DNA of 64,000 bases from a virus, in IMG/VR virus record IMGVR_UViG_3300033066_001740, positions 18,607 to 82,606 of that record. One strand, given 5' to 3'. The notes beneath the pieces are model-generated. The model saw only the letters and a program-made list of their open reading frames with translations, ran no database searches and was not told the origin of the DNA. The translations under genes were made by a program, and so were the position numbers. Positions 57,018 to 64,000 of the stretch are shown here, piece by piece. The number at the start of each line of letters is the position of its first letter. Within the stretch, counting starts at the first letter, position 1.

Positions 57018-57301
57018 AGTCTTTTTTCCTTCCAACCGAAATAAGTATACCCTTTTGAACGGGCAAGATCCTGTAACTCTGACAAAAGATAAGCTAAAGG
57101 CTTTTTAACCTGATCTGGACAATTATTCTCAAATCGGGTGATAGGTGTCCCTTTTAACTTTTTGAATCCACGCTCACTATGATATGCAGACTCTTCTGTT
57201 CCGCAACACAAGCAAACTCTATCCTCTGCATGCGCATCATCATAATCCCAAGAACGCGACCCCTCATACTCCGAACGAAGAACCACAATTGAAATCTTCA
57301 T
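57014..57301 (-). CDS. hypothetical protein
   Basis: ORF. Confidence 0.55.
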   Translation of the reverse strand: MKISIVVLRSEYEGSRSWDYDDAHAEDRVCLCCGTEESAYHSERGFKKLKGTPITRFENNCPDQVKKPLAYLLSELQDLARSKGYTYFGWKEKRL

Positions 57302-57476
57302 GAGAACATGAAGATTTCAATTGTCCCAAAAGCAATGACGCCTCTTTTCTCAAAGAAGCGTCGGTCGACTTGGAATCTGTTTCATTTGCTAGCTTTATAC
57401 ATGCCCTGTAATCATTACGGAGCCGTAGAATGGTTTCATTCATAATGTGTGACTTTCAATGAAGAATAAAAGAATT

Positions 57477-57550
57477 TGGCAGGAGCGTAGGGAATCGAAC
57501 CCTCTCGTCGCAAGTTTTGGAGGCTCGCCGGCTACCTTAGCCTCGCTCCT
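57477..57550 (-). tRNA. tRNA-Trp(CCA)
   Basis: AGG start; loop CTCCAAA; G73-CCA; short D-arm. Confidence 0.8.
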
Positions 57551-57968
57551 ATTTTCTAAATTTCCAACTAAATTGTTTGGCAGTTTTTCTTCTATGACAG
57601 TTGGCACATCTTATTTCGCACTTGGCAAGTTCCTCCAAAATTAACTCCCAAGGTCTGGCATCATTTAACATTTCAGATATATTGAATTTTTTCTGGTCTC
57701 TAACATGATCACAATCTAACACGATGGGATCTTTTTCGCCACAATCTATACAAGATTTATCAGAAAGCCATTCTGAAAACCTCTCTTTTAATTTAATACG
57801 GTATTCTTTTGCTCTTTGTTTATAACAATCAGAATTATTTTTGTAATGCTTTTTACCATTGAGGCTTTGGCATATTTTACAAATAGATTGTCTTGTACCT
57901 TTCTTTTTAGAGCGCCAATTAAATTCATCATCTTCTTTGGATGATTGACACTTCGTACAAGTTTTCAT
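57549..57968 (-). CDS. HNH-like endonuclease between tRNAs
   Basis: CTKC..CKIC; CIDCGE...DCDH...CEIRCANCHRRKT; start corrected to MKTC. Confidence 0.85.
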   Translation of the reverse strand: MKTCTKCQSSKEDDEFNWRSKKKGTRQSICKICQSLNGKKHYKNNSDCYKQRAKEYRIKLKERFSEWLSDKSCIDCGEKDPIVLDCDHVRDQKKFNISEMLNDARPWELILEELAKCEIRCANCHRRKTAKQFSWKFRK

Positions 57969-57970
57969 GT

Positions 57971-58060
57971 TGGCGGAAAGTACAGGATTCGAACCTGTGG
58001 GGGCTGTTACACCCCAAGAGTTTAGCAAACTCTCACCATAGACCACTCGGACAACTTTCC
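57971..58060 (-). tRNA. tRNA-Ser(GCT)
   Basis: AGAGT-TTGCTAA-ACTCT; long variable arm; G73-CCA. Confidence 0.92.
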
Positions 58061-58109
58061 GTAATCTGATACATTATATATCAGACATTATTAGTAGATT
58101 AACACTTCT

Positions 58110-59027
58110 TCATTCTTCTTCTCTTATATCAAGAGCTGCCAGCTCTAAATCTAAAGAATGAAGCATCTCGAAATTTTCTACCTGCTCTTTATATTCATCA
58201 GGAATTCCATCCAAACCATAAAGAGTTCCTGCCATACCACCAGCGATGGCGGCGGTTGTATCAGTATCTCCACCGGCTTTAACAGCCATCACAACCGTAT
58301 CTCTAAAGTTGTCATTAACCAACAAACAATAGAAAGCAGCTCCAACAGTTTCCGGAACATAGCCTTGCGAACCAATATCGGCTAGAGCAATATCCACATC
58401 TGTTCCATGCTCTAAATGCTCCAATACCAAAGCCAGTTTCTTATTGACAATTGTACTTCCAGTCACAGCAATTGCTGATTTTAATACCGCTAATGGGTCA
58501 ATTCCGGCAGCTAACTGCGCTGTTCCTAAAGCTACAGCAATAGACCCATTGATGGGCTCAGAAGAGTGATGTGTAATAATAGCATCTTCTGATGCATGTT
58601 TCATGCATGTTATGAAATCATTTCTATAAGCAAGACCTAATGGGGTGGCGCGCATCGCTGTACCATTACCGCCAATATTATCTCCTACAACACCGCTCTT
58701 ATCCCACGGCATACCTTGCTGCAAGGCAACCATAGCGCGTGCTGTAGTTCCACCGATGCCACGAGTATTCTTGGATTCATACCAAGCTAAATACTCACTT
58801 GCAATATCAGCTGGATTAAAACCTTTGTTGCGAACAAGACTTCTGGCAAGACCAAGGCTCATCAACGTATCATCAGTGTACTGACCTGGCTGACCCCACC
58901 AAAAAGTTCCGCCCTCTTTGAATCTGCCATCCCAATCACGCAACGGCTGATAGGAAGACAACTTTGTTTCAAATGGATTACCCAGGGCATCACCAATAGC
59001 ACATCCAACTAAGGTTGCATATTTCAT
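58110..59027 (-). CDS. ADP-ribosylglycohydrolase (ARH/DraG family), second copy
   Basis: GDALGNPFE, YTDDTLM, GNGTAMR, GGDTDT. Confidence 0.95.
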   Translation of the reverse strand: MKYATLVGCAIGDALGNPFETKLSSYQPLRDWDGRFKEGGTFWWGQPGQYTDDTLMSLGLARSLVRNKGFNPADIASEYLAWYESKNTRGIGGTTARAMVALQQGMPWDKSGVVGDNIGGNGTAMRATPLGLAYRNDFITCMKHASEDAIITHHSSEPINGSIAVALGTAQLAAGIDPLAVLKSAIAVTGSTIVNKKLALVLEHLEHGTDVDIALADIGSQGYVPETVGAAFYCLLVNDNFRDTVVMAVKAGGDTDTTAAIAGGMAGTLYGLDGIPDEYKEQVENFEMLHSLDLELAALDIREEE

Positions 59028-59057
59028 AATTGTTTAATCCCAAATATAGAATTGGAT

Positions 59058-59147
59058 TGGCGGAAATGGTAGGATTCGAACCCACGGAGGCTTTTACACC
59101 CCTCTCGTTTTCAAGACGAGCACCTTAAACCACTCGGTCACATTTCC
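59058..59147 (-). tRNA. tRNA-Ser(TGA)
   Basis: CTCGT-CTTGAAA-ACGAG; long variable arm. Confidence 0.93.
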
Positions 59148-59152
59148 ATGAT

Positions 59153-59242
59153 TGGCGGAAGAGGAGGGATTCGAACCCTCGGACGCCTTGCGACGTCACA
59201 TCCTTTCCAGGGATGCCAGATAAGCCTCTCCTGCACCCTTCC
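59153..59242 (-). tRNA. tRNA-Ser(GGA)
   Basis: CATCC-CTGGAAA-GGATG; long variable arm. Confidence 0.92.
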
Positions 59243-59247
59243 ATTTG

Positions 59248-59321
59248 AGTCGTCGGTTCGATTCGAACGAACGAATACGAGTTTTGCAGACTCGCCCCTT
59301 AAGCCCCTTGGGTACGACGAC
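59248..59321 (-). tRNA. tRNA-Cys(GCA), no encoded CCA
   Basis: CGAGT-CTGCAAA-ACTCG; U73. Confidence 0.9.
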
Positions 59322-59345
59322 GTGTACTTTTATATATCAGATTAT

Positions 59346-59618
59346 TCACAAGAATGCTTTTAGTTTAATCAACTTTAACATTTCTATTTCTGTATACAGC
59401 CCTTTCCAAAAATATACCAATTCGTCTTTGGAAAACTTCGAAAGATCAGAATTGTCGTTGTTTACAATTTTAGCTACTTCCAATGGCATAGCAATAATGA
59501 TAACTCCATTCATACCGCCCAATGGAAATAGGTAATAATATTTCGGATTTACATTCTCCAAAATATCTTTCTTGTAATGATCTTCCCAGAATTTTCTTAT
59601 TTCAGGATGAAGATTCAT
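59346..59618 (-). CDS. hypothetical protein with C-terminal tag (IKLKAFL)
   Basis: LHPEIRKFW; paralog of the next gene. Confidence 0.7.
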   Translation of the reverse strand: MNLHPEIRKFWEDHYKKDILENVNPKYYYLFPLGGMNGVIIIAMPLEVAKIVNNDNSDLSKFSKDELVYFWKGLYTEIEMLKLIKLKAFL

Positions 59619-59884
59619 AGGAAAGACTTTAGGTTTATCATTCTCAACATGCCAGCTTCTTTAAGATTCTTGCCGTTGAGTCGATAAGTAACACTACCAT
59701 CATGATACTCATATGCAATCACATTGTCGATGGAGGGATACCCACTTCCATCGTGTGCGCCATGGAAATAGACAGTAATATTGCCTCCCACACTATAAAG
59801 TGACTTGCTATTTATCTCTTTACCGTTAGTAGTCCAGAACTCCAAAATATCTTTATGAAGAGGACAATTATCTCGAAGACTCAT
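59615..59884 (-). CDS. hypothetical protein with C-terminal tag (INLKSFL)
   Basis: LHKDILEFW. Confidence 0.7.
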   Translation of the reverse strand: MSLRDNCPLHKDILEFWTTNGKEINSKSLYSVGGNITVYFHGAHDGSGYPSIDNVIAYEYHDGSVTYRLNGKNLKEAGMLRMINLKSFL

Positions 59885-60404
59885 GTAGTTTCTTATTGGC
59901 TAGGTTGAAGTTGTTAAATCTCTTATCAGTAGTTACTTCTTCCATAATCTTAAGATATGGTGGCAATTCTACTTTTTGATTCTTGTCTTCTAATTCTATC
60001 TCTAGAATAGCAAGTCCTTTCAGAGGTCCCTTGAAAACATCTAGTTCAAAAACCTGTTCATTATATTTGAAAACGAACCTGGTTTTGTCTATTGTGACCT
60101 TATCAGGGTTAGATTTCTTCAAATACTTCTCGTATTGTTTCTCAGAAATCTCATGCTCTTTTTCTTCGTGAACACCTTCTTGGACAAAGGTCTTTTGGTT
60201 AAAATGATAAACTGTCTCTTTATCACCCGTCATACCTTCGACAGTTTTACGAACTCTCGCGGCGGGTTCTTTACCTTCTGGCTTAAGATAAGTTTGACTG
60301 ATTCTTTTTACATCAACCAACTCATCAAACATCTCGGCTAATTCTGACCAGGAAGATGGAAAGTTAACCAAAAACTTTCTTTCTATTTCTAATTGTGTAG
60401 CCAT
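59868..60404 (-). CDS. CYTH-domain (triphosphate tunnel) protein
   Basis: EIERKFL, QTYL, RVR, KTR, ELDVF, EIE, EVT. Confidence 0.92.
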   Translation of the reverse strand: MATQLEIERKFLVNFPSSWSELAEMFDELVDVKRISQTYLKPEGKEPAARVRKTVEGMTGDKETVYHFNQKTFVQEGVHEEKEHEISEKQYEKYLKKSNPDKVTIDKTRFVFKYNEQVFELDVFKGPLKGLAILEIELEDKNQKVELPPYLKIMEEVTTDKRFNNFNLANKKLHESSR

Positions 60405-60468
60405 TTTTCCCTTTTGAAATGAGCAAGATGCTCCTCTCAAGAGGACCGAACAAACGGTCCGAAAATAC

Positions 60469-60813
60469 TCAATCTTCTGAGTCCTCAGCAGGTTCGACTA
60501 AAGTGACTGATGGATCACGGGTGCTTGCCGACTTAGAAGTCGTGGACTTAGCCGGCTTTGCTGTCTTCACCCCCTTTATGACGCCACCGTTTTTTCCACG
60601 GGTTACATAAGCAATATCGCTATTGTGTACGAAGTGATTGACAAAACCTAGTACGTGCTTCGGCTCCATAGCCACGGCAAGCCCTACAGTTTGAGCCAAC
60701 TCTTTCAACTGAATTCTCTCACCATCATTCATCGACTCAACAGTCGCATGTGTGGCTTCGAAAATTCTTTCCACGGTTTCCAGCATATTAGAGATACTTT
60801 TATTCTTACTCAT
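60469..60813 (-). CDS. hypothetical protein (possible winged-helix DNA-binding)
   Basis: ORF with RBS; RGKNGG followed by a basic tail. Confidence 0.7.
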   Translation of the reverse strand: MSKNKSISNMLETVERIFEATHATVESMNDGERIQLKELAQTVGLAVAMEPKHVLGFVNHFVHNSDIAYVTRGKNGGVIKGVKTAKPAKSTTSKSASTRDPSVTLVEPAEDSED

Positions 60814-60863
60814 TCTTATTCTCCAAAATTCGACACCTTATTCGGTGCTCTTTGATAATTGGA

Positions 60864-60891
60864 ATATTAACCATCCCTCGGCGGGAGTCAA
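60864..60891 (-). promoter_or_regulatory. sigma70-like promoter
   Basis: TTGACT-16 bp-TAATAT. Confidence 0.45.
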
Positions 60892-60959
60892 GCCGCCGAA
60901 AACATAAAAAATTGACGAGCCAAAAATCGCCTGGATAAGTGCCAGCGAGTTAAAAAATA

Positions 60960-61304
60960 TTAAGCTTTACCCTTATGATTAGTAGGAGTAAACTCAGTAA
61001 TAGCTTCAAACTTAATTGCTGGCGTAGTGGAAAGATGATTTCCTAATTGGCAAGATTTACCTTTATGTAAGCCTGAATTATTTTGCCAAAATCGTAAATA
61101 TTGTTTGCGATCTTGCTCAGATTCAAACTTTAAGATTGTTGCCTGCGCCTGTTTGCCGTCAGCCGCTTGAACTCCAGCATATTTTACTACACTCTCTTGA
61201 GAGCAATCCGGGCATTCATTGATACGTCCGCCAGACTGACGCTTGGCTGGAGAACTTAAATCAAACTCATCTTTACAATGAATACAAAGAACGATAGTTT
61301 TCAT
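60960..61304 (-). CDS. hypothetical zinc-ribbon protein
   Basis: CIHC...CPDC. Confidence 0.7.
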   Translation of the reverse strand: MKTIVLCIHCKDEFDLSSPAKRQSGGRINECPDCSQESVVKYAGVQAADGKQAQATILKFESEQDRKQYLRFWQNNSGLHKGKSCQLGNHLSTTPAIKFEAITEFTPTNHKGKA

Positions 61305-61495
61305 TCTTTTTTCCATTCACGATCTTCAATCAAGAGATCAAGTAATTGAGCTTCAAAAGATTCTGGAAGACCTAATCTTTCTTTTATTAAATCTTGTTGT
61401 GTTGGCAAATGATCAGTTGATCTATAGAATGCGTCTTCATCCAAACCCTCTTTGAAAATAAAAAGGAGAATGTCTTTTACTTTTTCAGTCAACAT
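61301..61495 (-). CDS. hypothetical protein
   Basis: ORF. Confidence 0.6.
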   Translation of the reverse strand: MLTEKVKDILLFIFKEGLDEDAFYRSTDHLPTQQDLIKERLGLPESFEAQLLDLLIEDREWKKE

Positions 61496-61805
61496 ACTTA
61501 TCGTTATTAGCTCCAGGATATTTCACCACGACAGTTACAACATCCGTTAAACATTTGAAATCAGTACGTTCATTTGGTTCAATTACAATGATTTCACCAG
61601 CCACATATCTAAGACCATTCATTTCTACTGAGCCAGAAACAATAGCGGTGATTTCAGTAGCTATTTTGTGATAATGAGAAGATTCATAATCACCAGCTTT
61701 ATATTCTTTGATTGCCACTTCCACATCATTAGTTTTAATGAGAGAGGGTTCAAAATTTCCAACGAACCAACCTTTGATAAAATCTTTGAAGACTGCTTTT
61801 TTCAT
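61485..61805 (-). CDS. cupin-fold protein
   Basis: GWFVGNFEP...HYHKIATE...SG. Confidence 0.8.
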   Translation of the reverse strand: MKKAVFKDFIKGWFVGNFEPSLIKTNDVEVAIKEYKAGDYESSHYHKIATEITAIVSGSVEMNGLRYVAGEIIVIEPNERTDFKCLTDVVTVVVKYPGANNDKYVD

Positions 61806-61825
61806 ATTATTTCCGTTTCAAAAAT

Positions 61826-62175
61826 GGAAGAGTTATTCTATAATCCGGGTTCTGTTATTTCAAACAATCATTAATCTTGGCGAATAATCACTTACTCGCT
61901 CCAGCACCAACCCGTAAACATCGGGCGAGTAACCCTCAAACGTTTACTATTTGGCTTGCTTCAAATGGGGTTTGCCGTGCCATGTTTGTTACCAAACACG
62001 CGGTGGGCTCTTACTCCACCATTTCACCCTTACCGGAAGCCGAAGCTTCTTAGGCGGTATCTTTCTGTTGCACTTTCCGTCGCGTCACCACGCCCAGCCG
62101 TTAACTGGCATTCTACTCTACGAAGCCCAGAATTTCCTCAGTCTTGCGACCGCGATTGCTCAAACAACTCTTTCC
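61826..62175 (-). ncRNA. rnpB: RNase P RNA, bacterial type A
   Basis: GAGGAAATTCTGGGC...GGAAAGTGCAACAGAAA...GGTAAGGGTGAAA...GTAAGAGC...GGCAAACCCC...AGCAAG...AACAGAACCCGGATTA; terminal P1 GAGTTGTT/AATAACTC. Confidence 0.95.
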
Positions 62176-62489
62176 AAAGCCTTGCGATAATGATGCGCTA
62201 TCACATTCTTCAAATAAGAAAGAAACTTAGGAGGATAAGGCATTAGATCTATTCTAGACAATATATTATCTCTCACCAAAGACAAAACAGGATTCTTTAC
62301 CCTTCTATCAGCAATGGCACTCACACCTTTGAATTGGCAAGTAGCCATATTGATAAAAGCTAAGACTCTGTGTTTTTCGTAAACGGGAATGAGGTTTTGA
62401 TTCATCAAATCCGCTAATACTTCACAAGCTTTGGTTCCGCCAAACGTATGCGGTTCTACATAAATGTCTTTAGACCAAGCCCTACTCAT
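62160..62489 (-). CDS. hypothetical protein
   Basis: ORF whose 3' end overlaps the 5' end of rnpB. Confidence 0.6.
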   Translation of the reverse strand: MSRAWSKDIYVEPHTFGGTKACEVLADLMNQNLIPVYEKHRVLAFINMATCQFKGVSAIADRRVKNPVLSLVRDNILSRIDLMPYPPKFLSYLKNVIAHHYRKALERVV

Positions 62490-62492
62490 AAA

Positions 62493-63167
62493 TCATCCCT
62501 TTTTCTTGAAGGATACATTCAATCCTACATTTACCTTAGCTGCTCCTGGCGTAATATCAATGGCATCGTCTACCATCTCATCCGCATCTTGTACCATACG
62601 AGCAGCAGCCAATCTCGCGCCCGCAGGAGCAACCGGACGCTTAGAGTCACTATATGTTGCTTCCCAACTCTCAATTTCGTAATCAGTCGGAGTCAGACCC
62701 AAAACCTCACACTCATCGGCAAATCTCTCCGTAACTTTCTTCCAAGCATTCTTGAGAGCCTTCTTGTTCAGGCGATCCACACTCTTCAATTGAAATGAAG
62801 GTGAATGCAAGGTAACTTCATGCAGATTAGAGAGCGCCTCATAGATCTGATTGATTTTATCCATAGACTCAACCTGAAACGAGAGAGTATATGTTCCGCT
62901 AAATCCATCATTGACGCGGTTGTTGTTATTGTCCCAATGATATTTGGGTTGAACATTCATATTGGTTCGAGTAGAATCTTTCACCAATTTAACCTTCAAG
63001 TCATCAATAATGAACTTAAGAGCATCTTCTAGTTCATCAATCTTGGTTTTGAGTCTCAGTTTAACTCCAGGAACAAGAGCATCTTCAGCCGTCAAAACCA
63101 ATGAAAAAGTGGCAAGATCATACTTGCCTTCTGTTTCGCCCGTAGCTGACACAGTAGTCACAATCAT
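62493..63167 (-). CDS. SIMPL (DUF541) domain protein
   Basis: TVSATG...D.A...QPKY...GF...ALKNA...A..LG...ITPG...V...VSF. Confidence 0.8.
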   Translation of the reverse strand: MIVTTVSATGETEGKYDLATFSLVLTAEDALVPGVKLRLKTKIDELEDALKFIIDDLKVKLVKDSTRTNMNVQPKYHWDNNNNRVNDGFSGTYTLSFQVESMDKINQIYEALSNLHEVTLHSPSFQLKSVDRLNKKALKNAWKKVTERFADECEVLGLTPTDYEIESWEATYSDSKRPVAPAGARLAAARMVQDADEMVDDAIDITPGAAKVNVGLNVSFKKKG

Positions 63168-63196
63168 GTTATCTTCCTCAATTTAGAATAATTTGT

Positions 63197-63757
63197 TTAT
63201 TCCCAAATATCACACAAATAATCAATCAACTCATCTCCAGTAAAAGGAAATGCAGTTGCTACAACGTATTTTCTTTTGTAATATTCGCTGTCTATAGCTT
63301 GTTGACTATCTAGTTTGTCTATTAGTTTCAGCTGTAACATACGACTATACTTGCCAGCACACCCTCTGGAACAGAAGGGTCCGGCTTTATTCTTCTTAGC
63401 TTTATCCCTAATCAATCTGGGACTGCGTTCAAATTCCTTATCACACCAGGCGCAATGGAATTTAACCAACTTTACACGACGCGTGTCGTCTCCAGAATGT
63501 TGGGAGCGTTCAACTAATCTCAAATTGTCGAGATCATTGTTTTCGAAATTACTGTCAATGTGGTCAACAGTTTCTAGATTAGGATCTAATTTCCTTCCTA
63601 AATGAAGTTCCATAATCCATTTAGGATATGAAACAGTTCTCCTCTTACCTTTACGATCTACGACAATTACTATTTGTCTTGAATCTTTACGGCGATAAGG
63701 TCCAAAAACTTTGAATTTATCTGCATATCCCATACCATTATATGGTTTTATATGCAT
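63197..63757 (-). CDS. HNH endonuclease
   Basis: MELHLGRKL...ETVDHIDSNFENNDLDNL; CAWC...FCSRGC. Confidence 0.85.
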   Translation of the reverse strand: MHIKPYNGMGYADKFKVFGPYRRKDSRQIVIVVDRKGKRRTVSYPKWIMELHLGRKLDPNLETVDHIDSNFENNDLDNLRLVERSQHSGDDTRRVKLVKFHCAWCDKEFERSPRLIRDKAKKNKAGPFCSRGCAGKYSRMLQLKLIDKLDSQQAIDSEYYKRKYVVATAFPFTGDELIDYLCDIWE

Positions 63758-63772
63758 GATGAAACAGAATAA

Positions 63773-63940
63773 TTATCCCACAATCAATGAGACATTCTCT
63801 GGCAAACAGAGCCTTGAACCCGGCTCTGTATCAATCTGAACTATCACTCTCTTGCCCATAAAACCAACTACGGTTCCAGGATTAGAGCCATGAGTAGAAA
63901 TGTTGACTCTATCACCAATAGTAAATTGAATGCTTTTCAT
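63773..63940 (-). CDS. small hypothetical protein (KOW/SH3-like)
   Basis: Manual translation MKSIQFTIGDRVNI...GTVVGF. Confidence 0.5.
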   Translation of the reverse strand: MKSIQFTIGDRVNISTHGSNPGTVVGFMGKRVIVQIDTEPGSRLCLPENVSLIVG

Positions 63941-64000
63941 AATCAATCTCAATAATAGTAGGGGTAGGAGTTGTATTTTGGTTTCAAATTTTCTGGATAA

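Noticed and set aside
61951..62246. Plus-strand ORFs over rnpB
   Set aside because: They are antisense to the RNase P RNA.
430..63605. Numerous short plus-strand ORFs in the track (e.g. 430..696, 2177..2500, 26303..26731, 48896..49261, 52532..52966)
   Set aside because: They are antisense shadows of well-supported minus-strand genes and have no recognisable motifs.
1..64000. Stop-codon reassignment (code 15 or 4)
   Set aside because: Conserved genes are full length in code 11, TAA/TAG/TGA all end genes, and no suppressor tRNA was seen.
1..64000. CRISPR array, rRNA, tmRNA, IS element or integrase
   Set aside because: No regularly spaced repeats or diagnostic motifs seen by eye; a divergent tmRNA cannot be excluded without a covariance search.

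Overview
This window looks like a segment of a very large (jumbo or huge) bacteriophage genome. It is AT-rich, densely coded, almost entirely on the minus strand (one clear plus-strand gene), reads in standard code 11, and has no structural genes I can confidently recognise. (i) Translation and tRNA genes: TyrRS, MetRS, EF-G, EF-Ts, Pth2, Thg1, separate SerRS-like fragments, an RNA ligase, a type A RNase P RNA, 24 tRNA genes clustered by amino acid, and one tRNA-Gly split by a ~1.1 kb insertion. (ii) NAD+/ADP-ribose genes: a WGR-PARP, macrodomain, NADAR, two ADP-ribosylglycohydrolases, NAMPT and an NAD-dependent ligase. (iii) DNA metabolism and chaperone genes, plus many free-standing HNH, GIY-YIG and LAGLIDADG-like nucleases. 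(iv) Many small hypothetical proteins. The strongest unexplained signals are a shared C-terminal tag (~K/R-x-Φ-x-x-F-x-stop, e.g. LKAFW, LKAFL) on 16 hypothetical proteins from several families, a recurrent TGATATAT promoter-like motif (once inside a hairpin that hides a ribosome-binding site), the split tRNA-Gly with a nested tRNA, and tRNAs with unusual bodies. All calls come from reading motifs by eye; no database searches were run.
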